A stretch of DNA of 64,000 nt from an uncultured Spirochaetota bacterium (GCA_963781885.1 CAWAHW010000004.1:744800-808799), one strand, 5' to 3'; counted from the first letter of the stretch, positions 1 through 10,787 are shown. Notes: generated by a model from the letters alone, not told the origin. Numbers and translations are program-made.

Positions 1-231
1 GACCGCAGCGGTCTCGAGCTTCTTGAGCCAAATTACGGCTTCGCGCAATCCGACAATGCGTCCGTCACGAAACCGCCGCCGCTCTCGGCTCATCCTGGCC
101 GGTGTCGCCAGCTGCAGCCGCAGCCATTCTTGCAGGCCTTCAATCGCCGGTGAGTACTCTGACCTCACCTTCGAGCGAGACTCGCTTCCAGAGATCAGCA
201 TCCGCGTGCGCGCACTTACAGCGTCCTTCAT
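1..231 (-). CDS. hypothetical protein, runs off window start
   Basis: Open frame on - from ATG at 231 (MKDAVSARTRMLISG...WLKKLETAAV) to position 1 with no stop. Confidence 0.35.
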   Translation of the reverse strand, partial: MKDAVSARTRMLISGSESRSKVRSEYSPAIEGLQEWLRLQLATPARMSRERRRFRDGRIVGLREAVIWLKKLETAAV

Positions 232-1138
232 TTCGGGATCCTCCCTGCGAACTAGTACGGCGTATCTGTTCGTTTGACTTGACCCCACCGCTCTCCCGCC
301 AGGCGCGAGCTCGCGTGCCGATCGAGGACGTCGGCGCGCTCGATCGGGCCAGGGCGAACACAGTACGCACCCCCGCCCACCGCTCCGCTGCCCCCCACGC
401 TCGGGGTGCGCCCCCAGGACCTCGCGCGGCCGTCCCCTCCCGATCGGCCGCGCCCTCCCCAACACCAAGACCGCACCGATCGGGCTGCAGCCGGTCAGCT
501 GCCCTGCAGGGGAAACGCGTCCCGCTGACCGCACGGCCTGCCCTGCGGGTGTTCTATGCACCCTCGGTCAGTCCGTGCGGTGGCCATCGGTACACTCGCG
601 CAGCGGGCCTGACAGCGGCCGCCCGGGTGGCTTCGCCTCGAGGCGGCCACGTTTTCAGGGGGTAGCTGTACAGGGGGGAGGCCCTGAAAACGCGCTGCAG
701 CCCCGCCACGCGCGTCCCCTGCAGGAGTTTCTTCGAAACAACGCCCGATCGGCGCTCCAGCGTCCCCCTTCCCCCTCCGCGGGGGAGACATTCGCCGCGT
801 GGACGCGCGAGGGCTCCGCGCGCTCCGCGTTCTTGCTCCGCAGCTGGGATCCACCCCCACCACCACCCTCCCGCCGCCCCCTCGCAGGGGTGCTCCACGG
901 AAAAGAGGATCCCGGATCCACGATCACAGCTGGCCAGCCGGCTTCACCAGGTTCGGGGGATCCCCGGGCGAGATCTCCAGGACCAAGAGGGCGGGTGAAG
1001 GGGTGATCGCGCGGAGGTCTCCCATCGGAGCGGAAGACCGACGATGCGCGGGTGTTCGACGTTCGACGACCGAGAAAGAGGCGGGTGATGCCCTTCGGGC
1101 ATGAAGAAAATATTAACACAACTTTTACAATTCCCTAC

Positions 1139-1167
1139 TTGACATATTGCCGACCGTGGTCTATATT
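1139..1167 (+). promoter_or_regulatory. sigma70-type promoter of the sigma-like gene
   Basis: TTGACA(1139-1144)-17 bp-TATATT(1162-1167); RBS GGAGG before ATG 1189. Confidence 0.6.
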
Positions 1168-1188
1168 TATGACACGGAGGATGCAAGA

Positions 1189-1977
1189 ATGAACAACGAA
1201 GAAAGGGAACAGACAGAACGGTGCGGCATGACTTTTGAGCAGGCTGGATTGCAGACCTACCAGTACGGCCTTCGCAAGAGTCGCGGCGACACCGACAAGG
1301 CGGCTGACTTTTACCTTCGCATGGTGCCGATGATTCGCCGAATGTTTGACCGCTACATCGACAAGGGCGCCCCTTTTAGCTCGTACTTGTTTCGTACTTT
1401 GAAATGGCAGTGGTATAGCTTTGTCACGGAGACGGCTATGCGGCAGAATCAAATAGCCGTTGCAGACACCGCAGAAGCGTCGCACAACACGCCGCCCCAC
1501 GAGATTGCCGAAGCCGTCCAGCCCCGCATTGATTTGAAAAAGACCGGCGCAACGGAACGGCGTGGCCTGTTCTACCTTGCTCTGTCACTTCCTGAAATCG
1601 ACAGCGACAAACTCGCCGAGATTTCCCGGGTGTCTGGCGTACCGGTCAAAGAGATAGTGTCCCATGCGGACGCACTCACGAAGGACTACGCTCGTGCAGA
1701 TCGTTTCCGCGCACGCAGAGACAAGGCTTTCGCACGGCTTCTCGCGATTGACTACCGCATTGCCGACGAAGTTGACCCCGAAAAAAAGGCGCGGCTGGCG
1801 AAGGAGCGCGACGCGATAAGGCGCAGACTGCACAAGGCGAATGAACGGCTTGCCAAAACCAAGACCGCCCCAACTCACGCGGAGATAGCGCAGGAAGTGG
1901 GCGTTCCGAAAGGCACCGTTGACAGTAGCGTTTTCTGGCTCTTGCGCTCCCGCACGAAGCAGGACGCAGAGAAATGA
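1189..1977 (+). CDS. sigma70-family sigma factor-like protein
   Basis: Region-2-like FSSYLFRTLKWQW; C-terminal region-4 HTH PTHAEIAQEVGVPKGTVDS; RBS GGAGG. Confidence 0.65.
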   Translation: MNNEEREQTERCGMTFEQAGLQTYQYGLRKSRGDTDKAADFYLRMVPMIRRMFDRYIDKGAPFSSYLFRTLKWQWYSFVTETAMRQNQIAVADTAEASHNTPPHEIAEAVQPRIDLKKTGATERRGLFYLALSLPEIDSDKLAEISRVSGVPVKEIVSHADALTKDYARADRFRARRDKAFARLLAIDYRIADEVDPEKKARLAKERDAIRRRLHKANERLAKTKTAPTHAEIAQEVGVPKGTVDSSVFWLLRSRTKQDAEK

Positions 1978-2491
1978 AGAAACAGGAGGACTTTATAGCG
2001 ACCGTCTGTGAGGCGGTCGCTATGGTTGAGCCGCAGACGGAACGAGCCGAGCTTTGGTTGACACAGCACTTTCGTCCCGAAGAATTGCACATTGGCTTTT
2101 TGTTCATCGAGCAGAGCCGACTATCCGAACTTGTGCAGTCAATCCTTGCCGCCGAGCTTTCCGTATTCCTCCTTCGGCATCGCCCGTCTTGACCAAGGCT
2201 TAGTCGAAACAGAACTCCTCCGTGCCCGGGCGCGAGCTGCCGCTCGGCCCTGGTTGTCCACAATCGCGGCTCGGGTGTTTGGGCACCCTCGCGAAAACCG
2301 CTCATGATGGACAACCAGCCCGAGCTCGCGGGCCGATCGAGGATGTCGGCGAGCTCGCCATGCGGACCCTGGCAGTCGCGCTCGAAAATCTCGACGACAA
2401 TCGCGCACAACAGCTCGTCCTAAGTTATTGCAATACCGCTGCCCGACTGCGGGCCAGGCGTTCAGACGAATCGAAAGAACAATTGCCATAA
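1974..2491 (+). pseudogene. hypothetical protein split by frameshifts
   Basis: ATGA overlap with upstream gene; consecutive coding-like segments in three frames (1974-2192, 2092-2307, 2222-2491). Confidence 0.4.
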
Positions 2492-2511
2492 TCAGCACCA
2501 CGGTCTATTAT
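2483..2511 (+). promoter_or_regulatory. sigma70-type promoter
   Basis: TTGCCA-17 bp-TATTAT, then RBS AAGGAG and ATG 2531. Confidence 0.5.
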
Positions 2512-2530
2512 TCTGTAAAGGAGACGCTGT

Positions 2531-2731
2531 ATGGCAACCGTGATACTACTTCTCATCATCGCCGTTGTCCTGGCAGTCCGTATTCTGCGCTTTCTACTGA
2601 GAGCTCGTCTGCTCTTGTCGGTTGCTTCCGCGCGGCACCTTCGAAAAACCTTCCGATTTTTCTACGGCGTTCGACGGACGGTCAAATGGAGAAACACAAT
2701 ACGCACTTTCAGTGCGGAGGGCACTGTATGA
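2531..2731 (+). CDS. small membrane-anchored protein
   Basis: RBS AAGGAG; hydrophobic N-terminus VILLLIIAVVLAV; ATGA overlap with next gene. Confidence 0.5.
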   Translation: MATVILLLIIAVVLAVRILRFLLRARLLLSVASARHLRKTFRFFYGVRRTVKWRNTIRTFSAEGTV

Positions 2732-3054
2732 TGATTACCAGTCCGCAACTCGCCGATAGACTCGGCAAGTCGCGCAAAACCGTCGCGATGTACTGCCAGA
2801 AACTCGGCATACCAAAGCTCGGAAGCATCTATGCAATGACGGAAGCGCAGGCCGCCCAGGTTGAGGCAGTCATGCATGAGCGGTCGGGCCGACCGCCTGG
2901 TCCGCAACCATGGATAGCCGAAGGCATTACACGTCAAGCCTGGCACTGGCGACAGAAGAAGCGTGAGCAGCCGCCAGAGGAAGCCACTACGAACCCCAAG
3001 AAAGGAAAAACGGCCACGGCCCCGCAGAAGAAGATCCTGAAACGCAAGAAGTAA
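2728..3054 (+). CDS. small HTH DNA-binding protein
   Basis: RBS GGAGG; ITSPQLADRLGKSRKTVAMYCQKLGI HTH; GRP and PWIAEGITRQAWHWR motifs; basic tail. Confidence 0.6.
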   Translation: MMITSPQLADRLGKSRKTVAMYCQKLGIPKLGSIYAMTEAQAAQVEAVMHERSGRPPGPQPWIAEGITRQAWHWRQKKREQPPEEATTNPKKGKTATAPQKKILKRKK

Positions 3055-3138
3055 ATGCTAGGCCTTTTGGGAACGCAATCTGACGAGTCTTGCATAATCC
3101 GATAGTCGCCTGCGGCCACCTATGGCGCCTTCAAAGAT

Positions 3139-3166
3139 CAAAAAGTATCGCCGGCGATACTTTTTG
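3139..3166. repeat. perfect 28-bp palindrome CAAAAAGTATCGCCGGCGATACTTTTTG (copy 1 of 3)
   Basis: Read directly; core also at 3395-3412 and 10764-10787. Confidence 0.9.
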
Positions 3167-3394
3167 TCCGGGTCTGAGGGACGTGTAGGACAAGATAAAG
3201 GGTGTAAACGATTTTTCCTAATTCCTTTCTATATATAGAATTGAACTGTTAGCAGACTTTGTTTGTGTTAACAAAGTTTCGCTAAACCTTTACATCATAA
3301 TGAATTGGCTGTTAACACTTGCTTTCTTGTTGTCCGCTCGCTTTCACATCGCTCTATCGATGCTCTTGCTCAAGTTGGAACACCGCCTGGTCGA

Positions 3395-3412
3395 AGTATC
3401 GCCGGCGATACT
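3395..3412. repeat. palindrome AGTATCGCCGGCGATACT (copy 2)
   Basis: Read directly. Confidence 0.9.
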
Positions 3413-3692
3413 CGTTTACGGAAACTCCATCCTGCTCATAGTCGGAAGGAGTTAGGTGATCGGCCCGCAACGGCCCTCCGACAAGCGGACCCGCGTGTTT
3501 CATAATCATAAGTTGTGCAACAGTCGTAAACCGACGGGTTGACAGGAGGGTGGCCAGGATGACGGAGCAACGTGCCGGCAGGGCCTCCGCGCGAGACTCA
3601 CCTCGAGCGCCGCGTCGCCCAGCTCGCCGGGAGATGCCCGAGATTGCGGACCTCACGCCGGCCAGGTCGACAAGATCGCACAGGGCGTCGTC

Positions 3693-4585
3693 GTGGACGA
3701 GCTGAAGGCCGAGATGCGGCGGGCGATCGTCGCCGAGCGTGTTGACTGGCAGGCGGAGCGGGAAGCGTTCCTCAGCGATGCCAAGAGCACGCACACGCCG
3801 GAGGCCTACGGCGGGCCCTGGATCACCTCGGCACATGGCTCGAGCTGCACAACCTCCCGGCGGCGAACCTCACACCGCGCCTGGCCGACGATTTCATCCG
3901 GGACATGCGCGCAATGAGTGGAAGGACGCGGACAGCACGCGCCTGGTCGTGTCGGCCTGCAGCTCTTCTTCACATTCCTCGAGCGCCGCTTCGATGAGAT
4001 CCGCAATCCCTTCCGGGATCCCGAGCTCGGCCGCGTCGACATGGACCGAGGCGGTGATCCCGACCGCCCGGAGCTGAGGTCCTGGCAGGCGGAGCCCGCC
4101 CTCGCCGCGGCCCTGGCGGTGGCCATCGAAACGGGGCTCCGCGTCGGAGGCCTCCCGGGGCTCAACGTACGGGAGGACGGGACCTGGCACACTGTCTCGA
4201 AGGCGCACCGCCTTCAGTCCGCGGAGCCGCTCTCTGCAGACGTCTGCAGCGCCTTTAGAGTCGCGCGGCTGGATCCCCGCCGGCCGTTTGACCCGGAGAG
4301 CTTCCCGCGAGGACCTGGACGGGTGGACGGAGAGACAAAGGGCAGCCCGGAGCGAGCTCCTCATCGCGTGGCTGAAGACGCGGCTCGCGCGGCTCTGCGC
4401 GCAGCTCCATGACGAGAGGGAAGATCTCCGCGGTCTACTCATGGCACGACCTTCGCCATGCGTTCGCCGAGCGGAACGCCGGCCGCGGCCTGGTGTGGCT
4501 GCGGGACCGGCTCGGGCACTCCAGCGTGAGCGTGACGGAGCGCTATCTGCGGAACGTGTTGAACGTGGACACGGGGAAGATGTAG
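3693..4585 (+). pseudogene. tyrosine recombinase/integrase, frameshifted
   Basis: AIETGLRVG (catalytic R) in ORF 3918-4412; another frame reads YSWHDLRHAFA...LGHSSVSVTERY (HxxR, H, Y), stop TAG 4583-4585. Confidence 0.75.
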
Positions 4586-4596
4586 CCAGGGCCGCT

Positions 4597-6697
4597 TCAA
4601 TTCCGACCGTTGTCGGGTCGCCAGCCTTCCAGATACTTATCCACCAAAGCAAGGAGTGTAGTATCGTTCGGCTGGCTGATGGCCTTGAGGCGATCCAGTC
4701 TACATCTGAAATTTTCCAAACTGCCGAACAGGAGCGATCATGGGATCCCACTGGAGCTGTTTGCGAGCGCGGATAGTCCGGCTGTTGGCCCCCTGACTCC
4801 GAGTTTCGCTGACCGCCGATCGCAAGATGGCGAGAGTGAGTTGCGGCGAATCTGGAATCTCGAATGGAGGCTGGCTACCTTCAGACCCTTCTCGCGCAAA
4901 ATGCAGCAAGCGGAAGAGATCCCATTCCGCCGCCAGAGCCTCGGCGGTTGCGCCTCGAATCTCTGCGCGGAGGCCGCGCTCGAGGTCCAGTGCAGCTGCT
5001 TCGGATATGAGCTTGTGCCCCGTCCCGTCACGGTGGCCCACCATGCCGATCAGGTCCAGTTTCCCGGATAAAGCCGCGACCTCTGGCAGTATCTTCCGAA
5101 CCGAGGCTTCAATTGCTTCAGCAGCTCCGGCCGGACCGCACGAGTCGATAGACTACTCGCCCAACAATAAAACGAGAATCGAACTCGAACATTCCAAGGG
5201 GACGCTGCGGGATGGCAGGGATGATGTTCAAGAGAGCAATCGCTCCGGGTTCAACGTGCTCGAGTCGAAAGTTGTCCTGGAAGGTCTCCAAAGACGCGAT
5301 CACATCCTGCAGGCGCTCCGGGGTCGAGCGAGCGCAAATATTTATCGAATGCGGCCCTTGTCAGCCATCGTGCCAAATGCCTTGCCGGAATCATAGAAAG
5401 ACAAGAGGGATTCGCCAGGAATCCGTTCAATGTAGAGTCCGAAGATTTCTTCGTTTGCGACTCTGCGCGATTGGAGCCACCGGGCGCGGAACTCGCCACC
5501 GTAGTGGATCGCTCCGATATGCCGGTCCGCAGCAAGGAATACTCGATGGATCAGCGAACGAACGACGTATCCCTTATCCCCAGCTTTCTCGATGAGGTAG
5601 TTGATAGACGTCTTTAGGTGCTTTGGATCAGACATGTCTCCGTATCCCCCCCAAGTCGTTGTGAGAGCTTCCGTTGTCGCATGAAGCAGTCCGAACACGT
5701 CCGGCAAGAAAAGACGGATCGCCTCAAGAGCCATTACGTCAGCGAGCTCGATTTGCCCTTCGAGGGCCACCACCGCGCCCTTGACCGCCGCAGCATACTT
5801 TCGAACGTCGCGCATATTCCTTATGAGCGGTTGCACTATCTCCGTGAAGATGTCCGGCCAGAGCGCTTCGTTAAATGGCTCCATTTTTTGACCCGAAAGT
5901 GCGTTGTCTATCGCCGCGAGAGTCTGGCGCTGCAGGACTGCCGGCGGAATAGCGGGAAGGTCAAGCGATAGCTGCAGTATTTTCTCCAGATAGTCACGGC
6001 CTGGGACTCCTTCTTCGGTGAGCGCGATCTCAACCCGCTTCCGATCAAAGGCAACGATGTAGATAACGTTCGGAAAGTTTGCGGTCAACCTGATCAGCCT
6101 AAAGATGTCTCGGAGCTCAGAGGTAGACAAACGGTCGATATCATCCAGAACGACGACAATCGGACGGTTGAGCTTGAGCAGGCTTCTTCTCAAGTCTCGT
6201 TCTTTGGTTTGCGACGCCAGTCGTCATCCGTCCGAAGATCTTGCTTGCCAACTTCACCAAGGCTCCGAGGATGCCGGTCCACGGACCGGCAGGCGAGAGC
6301 GCCTCAACACCTGTGAAGATCTCGCCGTATTCCGCAATTTCCCGAGCGATCGCCTTGAAGCCGGGACGCAGCCGGAGTTGGGTCGTGAGCTCGTTGAAGA
6401 ATGAATCCATAAGCTGTTCCGTGCCGCTGAACATCCACGGATTGAAATCGAGAACAAGTATCCCAGAAGCGTCCAGCTCAATGCGGGCCAAGTTGATGAA
6501 AGAGGTTTTCCGGACCCCCAACTGCCAAGCACTCCGACCACTGCACCCTCATTTGCATCCATGGAAGCGATTTGGCGAGCGAATCGCCGGGCAGAATGAG
6601 CTCTGCCCAGCGCATCATCCTGGAGCCGCCGAATTGGGTTGTCATTCGGAACGATCTTAGCGTCTGTGTTCTTGGGATCCTTGTGAAGGTCGTTCAT
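4597..6697 (-). CDS. KAP-family P-loop NTPase (several frameshifts)
   Basis: DNPI..DDALGR; Walker A VGVLGSWGSGK/TS; DFNPWMFSG; Walker B VVVLDDIDRL; YLEKILQ; fragments 6254-6733, 6141-6521, 5342-6193, 5118-5303, 4700-5044. Confidence 0.8.
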
Positions 6698-6862
6698 AGC
6701 TTGCTCTCCGCTCCAACTTATTGTGATCCACACTGAAATAAGGCAGACGGCTCCAGTTCAGAGGGGTCGAATCATTTTTCTTCTTTCGAACGAATTCGTC
6801 CCCGACGAGCACACCCTATACCCGGTGAGAGTTTGGTACAAGGGAAAAGCCCCGTCGTCCAG

Positions 6863-6963
6863 CGGCACGCCTTCGCAAAGCAAAACGCCGAGGCGCGGCC
6901 TGATATGGCTACGAGACCGTCTCGGGCATTTCCAGTGTCAGCGTGACGGAGCGCTATCTGCGG
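6863..6963 (+). pseudogene. second, diverged copy of the integrase 3' end
   Basis: Across two indels reads RHAFA..RGLIWLRDRLGH..VSVTERYLR; 24 bp identical (6940-6963 vs 4529-4552). Confidence 0.75.
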
Positions 6964-7081
6964 GAATTTTCCTAGGGCCCGCGGCGGACCGGCGCCCCCG
7001 CACGGGTCGTGTGTCATAGGATGAGCTGGTCAGCGCGGGGCTGGAGGCGGGGATCCTGGCGTGCTCAGCGGGAACGATAGC

Positions 7082-8298
7082 TCAGACTAACCATTCCGCG
7101 TCTTGAATTACGGCCACATGATCGCCCTGCGCCCACCAATGCATGACTTTCATGTGCCTATCCTGAGAAATGACCAATGCGACACAATCCCGGTTCTGAG
7201 CGACGAACCGAGCGGCTGACTGGTGCCGTGTCCCGCCAACCTCAGATATCGGACTCAGCTCCGCATTCTGTTCGGCAGGAAGCGAACGAAAGATGCAAAC
7301 GCTTTTCGCAACGTCCGCTTCAGTGGCTATTTTCGCTCCAAAGCCCAAGACTCCTAAATCCTTAGTAATCACAAGAGCGCCATCTACCCGTGCCAGTGAT
7401 GCAACGCGACGGATTTCTGTCGGCAAGTTCCAAGCATCAACGGTGAGCGCACTCGAGAAGAATATTCTTGCTTCGTCGGTGATCCCCGCTTTTTTCAATT
7501 CTTCGAGCATCTTTCCGCCAGAAAATTGTCGCGTAAGGTTCTGCCTAATTGCGTCGTGTAGCGACAGATCAGGTGTTGCGAATCGATGAACAAATGGATT
7601 TAAGGACTCCGACCACGCGTCAGCTTCCCCAGGAACGATCAGGACGGTCCCGCCGTGCCCATCGCCGAGGATCAGCCTTCCAAGCTCTGCAAGGGTGTGG
7701 CTTTCTTGGCCTACTGCCTGAGTTTCAAGCATGTTATCAGGGGGAAACTGCTTCTTTAGAAGATTCAGCAGTATCACTTGTAGGTCGATACCCGTTCCTT
7801 CGACTATTGACATTGAATCTCGTTTGAAAACTGCGAACGTCTTGTAGGGGCCAAGTCCAACGCGCACTGTTCCAGGATCGGGCACCTCGAGAAGGACGCC
7901 GTCCGTCTGCATGCCCCCGCGTCTGCCGAATCCCCAAATCCTTAGTTCTTCAAGCGATCCATCAACGAGCAGGCAGCCTCCTGGAGGGGCGGCTGGGGCA
8001 AGCCTTTCGATTTGCGCCGCATCGTACGGCACCATCTGACCAAAGGCTATTGCACCAAGCACTTTCCCGGGATCCGCGACCGCGACAGAGAACGGGTCGG
8101 CCGCCCTTCATCAAAACTCAGGCCAGCCCAGAAAGCCGTGACGATGAGATCTGTAATCTGTTTCTTGCTGAGGAGTCTTCCCGAGCCAATAGGCGGGGGC
8201 GAGATCTTCACAAGATGGGCGTGTTGAGCGTGAAGCTTGTCGATACATTCGCCGCGGACTTCAAAGCCAAGAAACTGGTAGCCTTCTTTCACTTTCAT
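7082..8298 (-). CDS. DACNV sensor domain + diadenylate cyclase (DisA_N-like), frameshift near 8050
   Basis: LIVTAFWAGLSFDEGRP (DACNV-like); DGHGGTVLIVP; RVDGALVI (DGA motif); GGTRHQSAARF; ALVISQD. Confidence 0.75.
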
Positions 8299-8308
8299 TG
8301 CCAGTATC

Positions 8309-8725
8309 CTACTCCTCACACAATCGCCGCCCGAGTATGCGATTCCCGATTGAGGTTTTTCGAGCTTCGAAATCCTTTCCGCCGAGATTCCCGTCCTGCC
8401 AGTCTCGATAGAGATCCCGAATGTCGTTGATGAGATCTGTGTACCGATTGGCCATCGTGGCGACTACCCCGCCTATCACATCTCCGGAGGAGAGCCGGAA
8501 GATTCGCCACAATACCGATCTTTTCGAGTGCCCAATCACAGAAATGGATTCTCTGCCATTCCGAACAAGTGCACTGAAGCTTGATCGGTTGAACAGCAGC
8601 AACAAACTTATGCTTTCCATCCGGACTTCCGAATATACAGCTGACTGCCATTCTTGCTCCCCTTTTCTTGGAAAAATGAGATGATTTCTGAGAAGAACTA
8701 CCCGTTTCCCTATCTTTTTTGACAT
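8309..8725 (-). CDS. hypothetical protein (possibly frameshifted)
   Basis: 138-aa ORF co-oriented and immediately upstream of the DAC gene. Confidence 0.4.
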   Translation of the reverse strand: MSKKIGKRVVLLRNHLIFPRKGEQEWQSAVYSEVRMESISLLLLFNRSSFSALVRNGRESISVIGHSKRSVLWRIFRLSSGDVIGGVVATMANRYTDLINDIRDLYRDWQDGNLGGKDFEARKTSIGNRILGRRLCEE

Positions 8726-8989
8726 AACCTTAAATACTCTGTTACGGCAAGTCTATATGAATAGTAGATTTGGGTACATCGGAGTATGCGAGTGGGGAAT
8801 CGAAAACGGCCCTAAAATTCTCGCGTGATGATTCTCAGCGACCCAGCGGAAAGTTGCCGAGGCAGTCGCGACCACAATGAGCGACAAGGGGCTCGAAGTC
8901 AAACTCCAGCATAAACGGAATGTGCGTACACTCGCCTTGTAGAGCATGCTTGAGTTCGGAATGCGCTACATGTTCCATGGAGACAGCAA

Positions 8990-9289
8990 CTAATCTCCGA
9001 TGTATCCATAATCTTGAATGAGCATGTCTCGAATTGTTTTCAAGTCTTCCTTGCTCGGCCCTCTTATGATTCCAAAAAGCATTGGGTTATCGGCATCGGA
9101 CAACCGGGTTCCAGCGTGTCCTGGCAGGAGAACAATGCTATTGGGGATTAAACGACACTTGGTCTTGGCATCCTGTGAGTCCTTTTCGATTTCTTTCCAA
9201 CTCCCGGCGTAGCAGTTGAACCAATGGTAGCCGCGCACTGCACTGTCTTGCTCGATGGCTGTAACTCGTTTTTGGCTTTCGTCTTCCAT
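8990..9289 (-). CDS. hypothetical protein
   Basis: 99-aa ORF with globular composition in AT-richer cargo. Confidence 0.45.
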   Translation of the reverse strand: MEDESQKRVTAIEQDSAVRGYHWFNCYAGSWKEIEKDSQDAKTKCRLIPNSIVLLPGHAGTRLSDADNPMLFGIIRGPSKEDLKTIRDMLIQDYGYIGD

Positions 9290-9437
9290 GGGAGGTCAAT
9301 CTACTACGATTGAGATCAGCCGATCAACAACCCGCTGATCAACGCAGGTTCCTCCTCCATAAAATAGACTTGTCCCCCAACAATTATTTATTGTCAATTG
9401 CTTGATATTTAGCTTTCTACGTGATCTCTCTATTCGT

Positions 9438-10731
9438 ATGAGACACTTCTCTTTCAGGACAGCCGATTCCTTCGAACCCTCACTGCCAGCGGTGCGTCGC
9501 CCGAGAAAAGATTCTGGGGCGAGTCTGTACCGACTGTTCAGGCAGATCAACAGAGGCTTCGGACGTCACTCCGGCGGCGCCTCAGGTTCATCCAAATCGG
9601 ACAGCGACCGGCGGCAGCGGTGCATCGTCAAGGTAAGATATAGTCTCGGTGCAGGCTCTTTGCGAGCGCACCTCTCATACATCCAACGGAAGGGCTCGGG
9701 GAAGGATGGAGAGAAACCCGAACTATTCGGCAGCTCAGAGAAGTCCGAGCTGACCTCTGGCGAGGTGGGTAATCTGCGTCACTACCGCCTTGTGATCTCC
9801 CCTGAGAACGCCGAGGACTTGCCTCTACAGGTGCTTGCAAAGAAGCTCATCCATCGCATCGAGTATGATACAGGATACTCGTCTCTCCTGGGTCGCGGCC
9901 ATTCATGAGAATACCGAGCACGCCCATATTCACCTTGTGATCGGCGGCCAAGACAAGAACGGCCTTGAGGTTTCATTCAGCCGCAAGTACATATCCTCGC
10001 AAATGCGCGAGCACACCCGTAACATCCTTACCGAAGCCCTCGGGGAACGTCGGCCCATCCCCGAAGAGGAGCGCGTAAAGAAAGAGATCAAGGCTAATCG
10101 CTTCACAAGCCTCGATGAAGCAATCCAGATGGCTGCCAGGGCTGGCAGGCTATCGGTGAAGGCATTGCGAGTAGTCACTATGCCCGCAAAAGCTGATGCG
10201 GCCGTCGCCCGACTCAAGTTCCTTGAAGAGGTGGGGCTTGTGCACCGCGAAGGTCGCGATTATCACCTTGCAGCCAACTGGCAAGATTCGCTTGAGGTCT
10301 CGCGTCGGTTCGCGAGCTATCTTGGGGCAGCCAAGCAACTGAAGTTCACACCGCCCAGCCTTTTGCGTCTCTATTCTCCTGAAAAGGATGGCCGTATTGT
10401 AGGGCGGGTCAGCGCCATAGGACGGATCGATGAGCTTTCCAACAATAACTACATCCTTCTTGAGTCCATCGACGGACGAGCGTTCTATGTGCCACTTTTG
10501 CGAAGGCCGCAGGGAATCTCGGTCGGGGATTCAATCGCAATGATGAAATCACTTGAAGCCGGCTCCACCGCGCGCGGAAAACATCGGTCATCACCAAGCG
10601 GCCGACCATCTACAGCTTCAACCTACATGAGCCTTCTGGATGTACGCTATGCAAAACTGCCCGATGAGAAACTCAAGAGCGAGCTTACACGAGTTGGGGA
10701 GAAACGAAGCGGCTTCGGGCTTCAGCTATGA
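9438..10731 (+). CDS. conjugative relaxase, VirD2/MOB-P-like, DUF3363-type (frameshift near 9880)
   Basis: QRCIVKVRY; AHLSYIQRKG; RHYRLVISPE; WVAAIHENTEHAHIHLVI (3H motif); RFTSLD; DELSNNNYILLESIDGR. Confidence 0.85.
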
Positions 10732-10763
10732 CAACCTACTGGTAGCGCCGCGCTGGGCTTTAA

Positions 10764-10787
10764 AAAAGTATCGCCGGCGATACTTTT
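10764..10787. repeat. palindrome AAAAGTATCGCCGGCGATACTTTT (copy 3)
   Basis: Read directly; between relaxase and virD4. Confidence 0.9.

Noticed and set aside
3693-4585. The tyrosine recombinase as the array's IntI
   Set aside because: No recognisable IntI-specific insertion, short spacing between motifs, no attI, and 43 kb from the array
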